DNA from: Azolla caroliniana
Taxonomy: Eukaryota > Plantae > Polypodiophyta
Reading direction: 5' to 3'
Length of the DNA stretch: 64,000 nucleotides
Assembly: GCA_043228905.1 (NCBI GenBank)
Contig: JBHGNT010000005.1
Span: 14,694,001 to 14,758,000 of the forward strand
Every line of letters starts with the position of its first letter. Within the stretch, counting starts at the first letter, position 1. Shown here one piece after another: positions 26,355-39,622 of this stretch. The notes below the pieces were generated by a model. It did not search any database and was not told the origin of the DNA. It saw only the letters and a list, made by a program, of their open reading frames with translations. A program made the position numbers and the translations under genes.

Positions 26355-29038
26355 TGTTGAGCGGCAAGCTCAACCGGATCCAGATCTGTGAGCTGGATAG
26401 CCAGATCAGAGCGGTAACCGGAAGCCTAGTAGTAGCCTAGACTACTAGGTAATCATTGTCTCGTAGTTAGTGTCAGTCGCATGTAGGAATATTGAAGGAC
26501 CTGTTAGTACTTCTGTCAGTCCTTTATGGACTTGAATATATAGTGTTGTTTAGCACGTTGTATGTACAAAGTGTTTTTAGAGTGATTTTTTAATAGAGTT
26601 TAGGTTATGCTCTCTCTCTCTCTCTCTGTGTGTCTCTCCCGCGTATACTCTTTGTGTGTTAAGCTTCATCATTAAACCTTCATCTTGTTCTCTGTTGCTA
26701 TCCGACTGAACCGGTTTTGTCTAACGCTTCCGCACGTTAACATTGATATGGTATCAAGAGCGTGAGGGTTGAGAACCTCTGCAACTGACACTTGCTTCCG
26801 TAGACGAACCCTAGAACCCGGTAACAATAGACAGAGAGAAGATATGGACAGAGGAATGACAAGTTCACTTCCAATAGAGAAGCTCGACCGGAGCAACTAC
26901 GCATCCTGGTCATACAAGATGCACCAGTACCTGTTGGGGCATGGATATTGGAGCTTCGTGGAACGAACGAACGAGGTAGCGCGGAGCCGGCACACAATGA
27001 CTTCCCGGTATGGGAGCAAGGAGCGAGCCGAGTATTGTACTGCCTTGTGTCCTGTGTGCACGATCAGATGCTCGGCTACATCAAGGATGCAAAGACGCCG
27101 AAGGAGGCTTGGGGAAATCTGAGGAAGATTTTCGCCCCGAGTACCATAGCCCATAAGTTGCAGCTCCGACAAGAGCTGAACAACATCTAAGAGACATGTT
27201 GGTTACAGATTACACCACCAAGATAAAGGAGATTTGTGATGCACTCGAGTCCATCAACGTGACGGTGGACGAAGAAGAGATGGGACAAATCTGCTTCGGT
27301 GGTCTAGGGCAAAGGTACGGGCCAATCCAGACAACGATATGCACCAGGGAGAAACCACCGTCTTTCTTCGACTTGCAATCGATGTTGACGGTTGAAGAAA
27401 ACCACACGAGTGGGTCAAGGACCACTCAATCAGATGGCCGGATGCTGTACACAGAGAAGGATCAGCCCCATGGATGTGGTGGACGAGGTGGGTCGGCACG
27501 CAATGGAGGCGGCCGACAAGAGCAGGACCGGAGGCACAAAGGTGGTGCTGACAGCAGTTCCGGACCTTCCACAAGCAGGGTGAGTCAAAATGGCGTCGGG
27601 AACCGGGAAGGAAAGGCTGACACGGAATGCTGGTACTGTGGCAAAAAGGGCCACAAGGAAAGTGAGTGCTGGAAGAAGCATGCCGATTCGTACAAATTCG
27701 GATCCGGCAAACCTCGCACTACGCGGAAGGATCGGAAGGATCCGGAATCGGGAAGACCGATAAAGGGCCAACCTTCGTGATGAAGCACAAGGCTAACTCG
27801 ATGAAGAAGACTACTTCCGGATCGGAGGAAGTATGGTACGTTGATTTCGAAGCGTCCAACCACATGAAGAGTGGTTCTCATTTTTGGAGAAACCGGAACA
27901 ACCGGGAATCGTCGAAACCGGTGATGACACCCCATATCCGATTGTGCATACCGGAGAAGTCCCTTTAAGCCATGTCGAACAAAAGGGGAAGCTGATGAAC
28001 GTACTAATGACTATCACAAAGAACCTGGTGTCGGTTGGACAAATCGTCAACCAGGGGATGCAAGTGCGGTTTACGCACCTCGGGTGCTTCATCGAGGAAG
28101 AAGGCCGGATAATCACATTTGCGCACAGAAGGGAGGATGTTCATCCTCAACACTAATGACGTCGGCACCGCCATGTTTGCCAAAGGACAAAAGATTGAAT
28201 CCGACATCGATCTCTGGCACAAGCGGATCGGCCACGTCAACTACCAGAGGCTTCAGGACCTGCAATCGAAACAGGTTGTTTTCGGTTTGCCGAAATTTAA
28301 CACTCGGAAGGTCGAAATTTGTGAAGCCTGCCAACTCAGGAAGCAACACAGGCTTCCATGCCCCACCGAACGAAACTGGAGCCGTAACATTGTTTAGACC
28401 CAGACATGGTCGGATATGGTGAAGGGCATGAAACCGGAAGACAAGTTGGAGAACATCGACTCGGACAAGAGCCGGAACAAATCGGGAGCGATCGATTCAA
28501 ATAAGAGCTGGAAGGAATCGAAGGAAACCGATTCAGTTCAAGATTCGGAGACGCCGGATCAACTAAAGGCCAAACGGACACAGACTCAGCAGAAGTCGAT
28601 GCCAACACGAATGAACCTATGGGTCAACAAACGCTGGAGTCGCAACAACGAGGGAGCTGAAATGGGCATGTTGAGCAGACAAGCCGATCGAGGAGGTCGA
28701 GGTGCGCAGAACCAGAAAGATCGCGGCAAACAAGACCGGACCGGACGAGGAGTGCAAGCAAGGCGGAGCAACGCCAGAAGGAGCCGCGTAGAAGAACCGG
28801 CTGCCACAGACACTAACACCACGATCCGACCTCAAGTTGAGCTTGAGGGGGGAGTGTTGAGCGGCAAGCTCAACCGGATTCGGATTGGCTGAATAAGTCT
28901 GAGCCGGATCGGTGAGCTGGTGAGCGAGACAGATCGGTGAGCCGGTGAGCCGGGTAGCTGGATTACAGTGGTAACCGGAAGCCTAGTAGTAGCCTAGACT
29001 ACTAGGTAATCATTGTCTCATAGTTAGTGTCAATCGCG
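26355..29038 (+). mobile_element. Internally deleted Ty1/copia element (K): gag, PR and pre-integrase fused to the 3' region; IN, RT and RH missing
   Basis: 5' LTR 26355-26748; PBS tggtatcaagagc; gag MTSSLPIEKLDRSNYASW; CCHC knuckle CWYCGKKGHKESEC; deletion junction at about 28390; PPT gcttgaggggggag; truncated 3' LTR from 28855. Confidence 0.88.
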
Positions 29039-29411
29039 AATATGAATTTAGATTGAAACAGAAGAATATAGAAACCTTGGTATTTTAGAAACATATCCAA
29101 TTTCCAAAGATTTCCCCCCCTATTACATTGGGCTCCCCATCCTTATATAGTGATGAGAGAGTCTTACAATCCATGCTTTTTCTCTAACTATGAACTTCAT
29201 GCTTTTTCTACCAGTAGACTATATGCTTTCTCTAACGTGCTTTTCCTGAAAGTGATCATGCGTTTTTTATGAACTATAGTGTTCATGCACGCTAGACGTG
29301 CATGTGTAGCTTTTTCTTTTATCATGTGTTTTCTTCTAACTAAAGCTTTTTTATCTAGAAAATATACGTGAAATAACGTTTCTATGTGGGATATCTATTT
29401 TTTAACATTTA

Positions 29412-29486
29412 TGATGTGTTAGTATAATGGTAAGGCTTTACATTATAAACATGGAGGTATAAGGTTCAAATCTTGCCCTATGCAGG
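29412..29486 (+). other. Degenerate tRNA-derived (SINE-head-like) sequence with Pol III A and B boxes
   Basis: A-box TAGTATAATGG at 29420 and B-box GGTTCAAATC at 29463, with tRNA-like spacing; no intact cloverleaf. Confidence 0.4.
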
Positions 29487-31243
29487 TAATATATATTTTA
29501 ATATTTCTTTCTTTTTCTTCATATTTATTCAATCAGTTGTTTTATATGTTTTTCACGTAGTGTACGAATTACACTATGACAATGCCGCCAACAGAGCAAA
29601 GGTCGATGCAACGAGGATTTTTTATTTCAACTCCTGTTCCGGATGTTGAAGCCATATTCTTGACCCTCCTTGACTCCCTGGTCTGAGACCCCTGTTCTGC
29701 TCGAGTAGCACACACACACATGTACACGCAATAGTGTGGCGGTAGAAGATCATGTTGTATCTTTACAACATAAACTTTTGGATGACAAAATCTAACAACT
29801 TGTTATATATCTAGAACAATCCCGATACCTTAATTTTCACTATCCTAAATGTTTATGAGCTTGTCATCAATGGAGAATGGATAAGCCACCAAGTGAGGGG
29901 GAGTCAGGTACGAGATTAGGTACCAAGTGGTCACCAAGCCTCATAGTGGACCCATGGAAATTAAAACGTTTTATGTTAGGTTGTTCAATGTTCTTTCTAT
30001 ATTGGATTGTTGGGGTTAGGTTCCTTGATGGGGATTTATTGGTTTGGGATCCCATTATTATTGGATGTATTAGAGAACTTAAAGTTTGGCCTAGTCTATA
30101 AACATAGGTAAAGATATTCAGCATTCAAAAGCCTTCAATATTTCCACATTTAATATCTCTATCTATATTGCATGCTATTGTAGAAACTTGTGCACTCTCC
30201 TAGGACAATTGGATCTCCTCTAGCATATCATCAAAGCACTTGCCATTCACAAGTTGATCTAACTAAAAATCAACCTTTGAGTTCAAGGAATGTATCTTTC
30301 TTCCAGCACATGAGGTCATCTAAGGTCTACTCAAGACAACCCTTCCATGAGAAGCAAATATTAACATCTTTATGAAAACAACCTTGCAAAAGATGTGCTC
30401 TTGGGTAGCAGCCTTCGAATTTGAATCGAAACCCATAGTAGAATGGTTGATTTTTCAGCCAAAAGAATGTGCAACCATCTAAACATAGCAACAACAGTTT
30501 TGAGTTTGTAATTAGCACTTGGAGAAAATGCAATACAATTTTCATAAATCTATCTCAACGGAAGTTTAATCAATCCATCTCATAGATTTGTTTCCATCCA
30601 TTCAATTTACTTATTTGATGAAAGTTTCATGCCTAATTCCACTTTAGAGAATTGAAGGCTAAACCCTAAATGCTAACCTTGCTATCCCCCAAACAATATC
30701 ATAGTTAGTTAGGTCAGATGGTCAAACAATATCATGTTCTCATACATTACTTGATCTCTACAATCCACATGCACACTAATGCATTTATGCTTAATCCTAG
30801 TGGCAAAGATGACCAACTCCAAAATGCAGTTATATGGGCACGGAAAACATGTCTTTGTTGTTGAATATATTCTACCAGCAAAATGCGAAATGCTTTGAGT
30901 GAGTGAAATAAGAAAGTACTTCTCATCATAGAACTTGCTTCTTGCAATTACTTTTTTTTAAATGATTTGAACTCAAATTTGAGCTTTCCTTAAATTCTTC
31001 GGATATTTTACAAATGCTCGGTCCCCTTGGATAAATATACTCTTGACTGTACCTGCTAAGATCTCTTTGATGAGGCATCTTGTGCAAACCATCATATTCG
31101 GAACCAAGTAAATTTCTTTGACAAAAGAGAATGGCATCAAGCCGTAAACTTAGATATGGCTAAGCTTCCTAATACATTTCAATATCTCCTCTTTTCCCAT
31201 CAAGGAGCCTGGTGTCAATTCTTGTAATACAATCCTTCCATTT

Positions 31244-34200
31244 TCACGAAGGTGTGAAACGAGAAAGCAAAATACTTCTTGGCATGGTCCTAGGAGCACC
31301 AAGCATGGACAGTGAACGGCCAACAGAAAGACCACTTTGGTTGCTAGAAAGCCTAAGCATGTGTTGATGAGCATCATCTACCATCAACTCCAAAGAATTT
31401 TCCTTACCAATGTTCCGATTAGAGGGAATAAGTCTCAACGGACCTTCCAGCAGAGATGGCTCCACATTAACTGATGAAATAATAGGACTTTTGCCCAAGG
31501 AGGATCCATTTTGCCCTCCACCCACTGTCAACAAGCCTTGACCACATGCTTGATGACCAGGAACTTTCTTTACAGGGAGAGCTGAAAGCACATTGCCTGA
31601 GGGATGAGTAGAGACCTTTAATGTTCGTCTCATGTCAGGTAACAATCGGAATTGACCAGCAGCACGATCCCAGTAGACTGTTCCACTACCATTAGTTGCT
31701 GGATTGATCAGTCCACCCTTTTGGAGACCAAGAGAAGTTTCATTATCTCTGGCGACTTTGCATTCCTCATGTACTGGAGTGGTGCAAATCCAAGTTCGAT
31801 GCTCCATACTCGGAAGTATCGTTGCATGACATACAGGTAATCCATCCGTAGCTGTCTTGAAGCCATCCTTCTCGCCTGGTGATTTCCCTATGGTTTTCTC
31901 AATTATTGTCTTGTCTACATGAGAATCTTCCATTGCTTTTGGCTTTTCTGATGACATTGAACCAAGACGATAAGGGATGTTCATGATATTGTTTACATCT
32001 TTACTCATTTGATCTACAGATGGGGAAGGAATGAATGATTCCGAGCGTATTCCATCTTGCTCACTTGATTCGAATTGTATCCTCACATGCTCAGTTGATC
32101 CCTCACTCGATTCAGATTGTATTATAAAATGCTCACTTGCTTCCTCACTTGCTTCCATGATGCCCATTGATCTATCAGCACTTGCATTACTAATACTTGA
32201 ATGAAAATCACTCTGACTAGCTTCCAAATCCTGAAACTTCAGAGGAAGTAATACAGATGACTTTTCACGAGCATGCTTTGCTGCTTCGGTGGCATCACTT
32301 GGGTTTAACTTTGCGAGTTTCAATGCACTAATCTTGATTGCTGTCTTACTACTTTCTTTCTCAACAATAATTTTGGGCTTCCTGTCTGTTGTAATCAGGA
32401 CTTCCCCCTATTATAAAACAGTGAATGATCAGTTAGAAGAGTATTTGTTGTCAAAAATCGAAGTCCATGTTTATGTTATGCATTGGCATGCAGGTATACC
32501 TGCTGTTTCGATATTTTCTTTTCTGAATTACATCCATTAATTGTCTGTGGTATAGATTGCGCTCGCATAGCAACTACATACTCATAGGTAGTTAAACCCT
32601 GGAAAAACTCAAACCCTTTGTTTTTAACATTCCCATCTTCCATTCAACCCCAAACAAGAAATAATTCAGGACTATTATCTGACCAACCTTTTGCATTAAT
32701 ATCAGGTGAAAAAAGAAAAGTTCTCCTAATGGAATAGAGGCTATCAATGGAATAAGTGTGAACACCGCCTGCATGTGCAAATTTGTGACTATATCAGATG
32801 TGTATATTTCCGTTAGCAAATATTATGGAATAAGGTAGAATGACCACTTACAACAATTGCAGAAAATGATGGCATTGAGAAATGTCTGTTAAAGTTAATT
32901 GCAATGTGGCTTTCGATAGCAGTCTTATTGAGAAAACTTCGCCCCAGCACCACCAGACCAATAACAGAATCCAGAAGCAACTGTAATAGAAAAAGTAAAT
33001 GGTTCATGGTTGTTACTGGAACCCAGATAGATCGAAAAAAGGAAAATAATTGTCCTTGCAACAAACTTATTCCTATGAAAGAATGGATTGCATGTGTTTC
33101 TCAAGTAACTTCCATCTGAAATTGAATCGAAGATATTGATAATATATTCATGTACTTCACGAGATCCCGAGTGCCAAATAAGATTATAAGACCTGCTTGT
33201 ATGCCATTGAATTGTTTGTTTTCTACAAGAGCTGATATTCGTAAATATTTTGCAAGATTCCAGCCCCTCTTGATAGGAGGAAAGTGACTGTGTTTGATTT
33301 CTCAGATGGACCTCTTCTTTACTTCTATTTCCAAAGACAATTATGCTGTATTGGTACACACAAAAGAGGCAGTAAAGTCTAACTGCAGATAGTTAGTTGA
33401 TTCAGGCAAGACAGGTTGGTAGTGGTTTGTTATGAATACTTAATCCTCCCAATAAAATATGTAGTAAAGTAGAGGACTTGCCATAGCAAGGCACGTTGCC
33501 ATAAGCCATACAAAGGTAATATAATTTTTCCTTCCAACGCAATTGTTCAGCCACTGCAATAAAGCCAAATACAACAAAATTGCAGGTAAACCTACGGCTA
33601 GAAAGATATTGAAAACACCAGAATCACAACGATATGCATAGAAAGCAGGACATGCAAGAGTTATACATACCCAACAATGGTGATCAAATCCCTCAACACA
33701 TTTGTTGCAACTTCTGCAATGTTTGCTGAATTGCTTTACCTGCATTCACAATTCGTGTTACATGTTACTTGTGTAAACTTTTGAACATGAATCAAGCCTT
33801 ACAGGCATAATTTGATGGATTGTGAAATGTGAGCAACTGTAATTAAATCACTGATTAAGATCCCATCTCCATTCTTATGGGATATTCAAGTACGAATTTC
33901 ACCTCTGCGTTACATAATGTGCAAAAGAGGGTGTTTCCTTCTGCAGTTAATTGATTTTCAATGTGATTCCTCTGACATATGTCGTCTTCAACAAGCCACA
34001 GTAATGTGCACCATTGGTTTTCCTTCTTTGGGATTTGGTTTACAGTTAACATTGGACTCTCAACATCGTGAACCTTATTTGAAGATACGGCTTGTTTCTC
34101 TGGCACATTTGTCTCAACAAAAGCAGAGTTTTTTGTCTTTGAAGCAACTTGTTTTCCTATTCTCTGAGAACCACTAACTAAAATTCCAGGATCTGAAGGA

Positions 34201-36899
34201 TCAATAGCTGCACATCGAATATACAAGACAAACACTACAAAGGCCTGAAATAGAGCTAGGATTAGATTATAGACACTATTTAAAATACTAAAATATTGAT
34301 TAGGCTCCAAGTAGCTTACCACTGCTGAGTATAGTCCAATTATCACGTTTTTTAATGTTATAGTTCCCACAAATGGCAGAAGGAACATATAGAACATTGA
34401 CAATGCAAAAAATATAGCAATTGCAACCACCTGTTAAATTTGACAATTAGGGAATATGTTAGGTGATATGGATTTGAAAGTTAAGAGTGCCTAACTGAAG
34501 CTAGCTGTGTTTGGGCATATGCTAATCAATTCATAAAATGAGAAACTCTAAAATTAACAAGAGTTATCATGTAATACATAGTAGTTGTGATTCCAGACTT
34601 GATGCAACAGCTATAAGCATGAATTTTTTTCCTAATAGAAAAAGTTAGTGAATGTTAGCAGGTTAAAAGGATTACAAGAGACAACATCTTATGTATGAGT
34701 AAAATATCTTCTATATTCGACTCAAGTGCCCAATATGCAATCTCGGGATTCATCACATAATCATCCCATTTCTTATGGAACACTTCCTTGCCACTTACGG
34801 CTTTGCAACTATTTGTGTCCTTTTCTAGTGCATTACAGATGCCTTAGAGAAAAACATTCATTCTGTGTTTTCGAAACATAAATAGTATTGTCCAGCTATG
34901 CACAATTGTGTTGTCATATTCCACAGTTATTATTGAGGAGAGGTATCAACATAAGGAAGTCGCCTGAGAGAGGACAGCATTGTTTGTTATCTTCAAGGTT
35001 GAGGTGCTAAGTGTTCCTAAGACTACAATCTTCAGTTTAGAGTAAACTAGAAAAGTTTGTTAGGTGTGCATCTCAGATTGAAAGCCTCATAGTCTCCTCT
35101 TGCCAAAATATACTACTGTTTCTATCATGTGCTGTGTATTATTATGTGTAATACCATGTCTCTATTTTTTTCTTGCCATGCTCATATGTTTCTGGTTTAG
35201 TGCAACAATACCAGATGCTTAGCAAAGTCCTTACTTTCCATTTGACTAGGCATTCTCAAGTAGTAGAGCAAGGAAAATAAAGCCCAAATTCTCCAACCTG
35301 CCATGTTTCTCAGAGTTATTATAATTTTCTACATCAGAACAAAGATGTTGAACTACCTAAATTGTGTATGGCTCAATAATCCAGAAAATGGAGACTCGAG
35401 TTTCAGGAAGGAGAGCAATAAGTAAAGACATTTTAAACCTACACCTATGTGAGGATAGTTATATGCCAAATTAATATAAAACAGAATGCTCCCTAGTTTT
35501 CTGGCGTGATCCTAGGGTATTATATTGATCTTGCCCCATAGGATAACTGTGGTTGTTCAAAAACTTTGTGAGATTTTGTAACATTTTTGGAATGTGCACA
35601 TGTGCCACAGTACAACTTCAAAGTGGATTGTAATGTTTCCAATCTACCTTCATGGATTTATTATCTTCCTACCATAGATTTATTGTCAATAATATTATTC
35701 CATCTCAACAGAATGCTTTCAGCAGACAATTACCCAACTTAGCACATGAAAACAGTACTTTTACTCTGGGTAAAGAACAACATGAAAATACTGTACAAAA
35801 GTATGTATCAAAGAGCTGACTGTTTCTCATATACCAATCAAGATCATTTGTAAAATACGATAGAACAAAACACTGCCAATGTCAGTAGCTATAACTAAAT
35901 CATTAGCCGATGATGGAGCAGAAACAAACAGTACAGTATCTTCCACATTACATGGAGAAAAAGAAAAATGTCGAAATTTCCTGTTCCGAGACAGCATTTT
36001 CTCAGAGCGTGATTGCTCAAAATAAATCACATCATGGACGATTTGCAATATGTTTGCTCAAATAAAACCACATCATGTATGATGTAATGTTAGGCAGTTT
36101 TTATTCTTAACCACTATATGTGTGTGGATGTGTATGTGTGTATAGATGCATGCATGTGTGTATGTATTTGAAGAAGTGAAGTTTCTTCTTCAAGATATAG
36201 CATTTGCAAACAAAAAAAAGCCTCATGGACGATTTAGATTTAGCCCCTTGGGCGGACTGAGTTCACGTATGTGCCAAAATGTAGAGATGACTCGTGGCTA
36301 GGTCTGTTTCAGAGATTTGATAGCTGTATTTATGATAATTGGAGGTATATGATCCACCTTCATAGATCAACCTATTCGAAGATCACATGTGTGCAGCAGG
36401 TGTGCACTATGTATGTATGCATGCATGCATGTATGTAACGATGTATGTACGCATGTATGTATGCATGCATGCAAGGATGTATATATAGATGCATGCATGA
36501 TTTAAGGATGCATGCGTGTATGCATGTATGTATGTGCATGTGTGTGTGCATGGATGGATATCTAGATGCATTCATGCATGTACGTATGTATGTATTTGAA
36601 GAAGTGAAGTTTCTTCCTCAAGACATAGCAGCATAACAAAAAACAGCCTCGTGGAGGATTTAGCCCTCGGGCAGTTCTTTTTTAATCTCTCGACTCATAG
36701 AAGGTTTCTTTCATTCATTTTATGGCGAAGAGAACATAAATGAGGGTTCGGGTTATTAATTAATTTCTATGGAAAGAAGGGTAAAACAAACTTCACAGAC
36801 ATAAAGGTTAGGGTTATGACTTCCTGTGGAAAGAAGGAAAGGTGAACCAACCTGATAAGCGTGAGCAGGATATTGCCAGCCATGGCGCCGCACCAACAT
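31244..36899 (-). CDS. DHHC protein S-acyltransferase (palmitoyltransferase), PAT19-22 type, 9 exons, about 704 aa
   Basis: Exons 36852-36899, 34320-34430, 33903-34244, 33671-33739, 33482-33553, 32852-32980, 32688-32768, 32500-32598, 31244-32407 (2115 nt, in frame). Motifs: [93 protein letters not shown]. Confidence 0.93.
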
Positions 36900-37324
36900 G
36901 GCGACGATGAAAGGGATATTAAATTAGGATTCTTCACATTTTCTCAGCCTTAGGCGTTGGTCACGCTTGTGGCGGCGACATCGCAGCAGCAGCCGAGATT
37001 CCTTCCTTTCCTTTTCCTGCTCGTGGCGTGGCGTGGCGTGGCGTGGGCACGGATTGGAGAGAGAGAGAAAGAGAGAGAGAGAGAGCGAGAGATATGTATA
37101 GGCAGGCATCGTAGTACGTACGTATGTATGTATGTATGTTATGTACATACAAATATACATACATGTAACATACATAGTCATCATCAACATGAACGAACGC
37201 CTCTCGGCTCTTTCCCCTTCCCAATCGAATGCCCACCTGATATAGATAGTAGTGCTTCTTTCCAAACATATAATAAAATGAGATAAGATAACCAACCAAA
37301 AGATTTGTTTTGAATCAACCACAA

Positions 37325-37528
37325 AGTGCCAACTACTACAATCCATGCACATTGTTAGACCCATTTCAAAATGATGGATGGTAGTAAATGAACACAAAAG
37401 TTTCAAAATGATGGATGAGAAGACAAACAAAACATACATAAAAGCAAGTGCCAACTACTACAATCCATGCACGTTGTTAGACCCATTTCAAAATGATGGA
37501 TGGTAGTAAATGAACACAAAAGTTTCAA
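37325..37528. repeat. Direct duplication (about 83-bp core) upstream of the PAT gene
   Basis: aagtgccaactactacaatccatgcac...aaaagtttcaa at about 37325 and 37446. Confidence 0.8.
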
Positions 37529-39622
37529 CACAAAGTATTTGGTCATATGTAGATCTTTATATCTTTATATTAAGGACTTCCACAATGTATTTTCCTATTG
37601 TGATGCATTTACACGAGAAATCGATGAGATTTACAAATATCAATAATTAGTGGAGCCCTTTATACTATAGATAGAAGGTAGCAAGGCCCAACAAAAAGTA
37701 CATAATTGCCGATTCTATTACAGTTTTCTCTATATTTGTTATTTTCATTCTTAAAGTGATAATAAATTTAGTTCATCCTTAACCAACAGTCACATTTCTT
37801 GATGCTTAAAATAATGCTTTCCATGCACACCATACACCATCACGTGAGATGAAAAGGGTGGATATTCATACATGCCAATCAATATGGTGGAAAATAAACT
37901 ATAATGCTTCATAAAATTCTCTCTTGTGGCAATCCCCTTTGTGAGACACGTAAATTGTTTGCACATGTTTAAACTCTTTATCAAAGTAGATTTTCATATT
38001 AACGGAGACATGGGAATTTGCAATGCATTCATCATCAAAGTTTATATTCACCTAGTCCTCAAGTACTCTTTATTTGGGTTGATTCGAGTGAAAACCATGT
38101 TAGCAACCTAGACTAATGAACTTCAAAGCAAGGGCTCTCAAGGTCTAATCTTTATCACACCTTCTGGAAAGCTAAAGAAAAACAAGATAGGAGGATACAA
38201 TTATTTAAGAGGAGGACAATGAGACCAACACCACCTAATTTGGACTTTCCTTCAATAGATAACCATCTACTTCATCACCATATCATCATTGGCATTCAAT
38301 TTGTCAATTGGATGTTGTCCAATGTTAAACTAAAATCACAAACACACATATCATGATCTTCCATTATGTCGAATACAATCCCTTAGCTTATTTAACCCCC
38401 ATTCAACCCTTCCAAGTGGTGGGGTTGAAGCACTTGTGCCCCTTCTCTCAGGTGAAAATCCCACAAGAATGTAGTTTTTTACTTGGGTTTCAGCTTTTGC
38501 TACTTCTCATTAGGAATGTTCACGTATGCAATAATGCCAAACACCTTCACATGTAATACGACCCTAGATTCTACCCAATTGTTCTCATGAAGAGTTATGT
38601 TATGAGCTTCGTCGATGGTGCATCAACTTGTTGGCCTAGGAGTATGTTCCGGAGTAGTATGAACGGGGACGAGTCAGAGCATAATTATTAGTTAAGTAAT
38701 ATTAGAGGAACGGACAAATCTGGATAGTTGTACCGATCCGGATCCGCACCGATTGATAGCCGGTAGCCGGTAAGGCACCGTTTTGTAAACTCTACCGGAC
38801 GCTTATAAAAGGGTTCGGATTGATGTATAAAGTTAATGGAAGTAATACAAGATTAGTGTGTTGATCTTAATGTTATTGTGTACCTGCCTGCTGTTCTGTG
38901 CTTTAATTATTAATCTTACTCGTGTTATAATTAATCAGAGACGTATTGAGTAATTCAGATTAGAATCGGATAAACACCGGATAACATCCATATCCTAACC
39001 ACCCCTTTGGAGACGTGTTCTGGAATGGACAGCCTGTGTTTGTGGCTAAGTCTAGCACACAACACGGAACCTACCGACAATGGTTGGAGTAGTTAGGCAA
39101 GCAGGTTGCCAATGTGGCTGACCGAATGGACGAACAACAGAGACGGGATCCAGAGCAGGCGGAATGGTTGTTGGCAGCAATCGCAGAGTTAGAAAAGGCC
39201 CAAAATCAGATTCGAAGGGTTAGAGGAGGAGTTGGCCAGTGTCAGAACCAAGGATAAAAGATAGAGTGATGGAAGAAGGATAGAGAAGAATGGATGTATA
39301 AGATAGAGAAAGAAAGAGAATGGATACAAGATATGAAATGAGAGCTAAAGACTGGTGTTGATTCGAATTGATTTGAGAATACATGTATGCGCTTATTTAT
39401 AGGTTCCTATAGAATAGCTTAGAGATTTCTAGAATGTTCTAGAATGTTCTAGACCTAGAATGCTCTAGGACATTCTAGAATAATCTAGAGTTTTTACAAT
39501 AATCAATGTAATACAAGAAGTAGCTTTTATTGTTTCATATAACAATAAGCTATCTTAATGGTTGAGGTTTTCAAGTATGAATTACAAGGTTCGAGGTTCA
39601 AGTCCGGGTGACGCCATAATGG

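Noticed and set aside
29560-29760. GC-richer island as a possible snRNA or other ncRNA
   Set aside because: It matches no snRNA, 7SL or telomerase RNA motif I can recognise; an Rfam search would be needed.
33671-33673. TGG in place of the usual CGG after DHHC as an RNA-editing site
   Set aside because: This is a nuclear gene and the position varies among DHHC proteins; an ordinary substitution explains it.
39544-39616. Functional tRNA gene with an encoded CCA in the LTR
   Set aside because: There is no acceptor or anticodon stem pairing, and the CCA falls at positions 71-73 rather than 74-76. Only the promoter boxes are tRNA-like.
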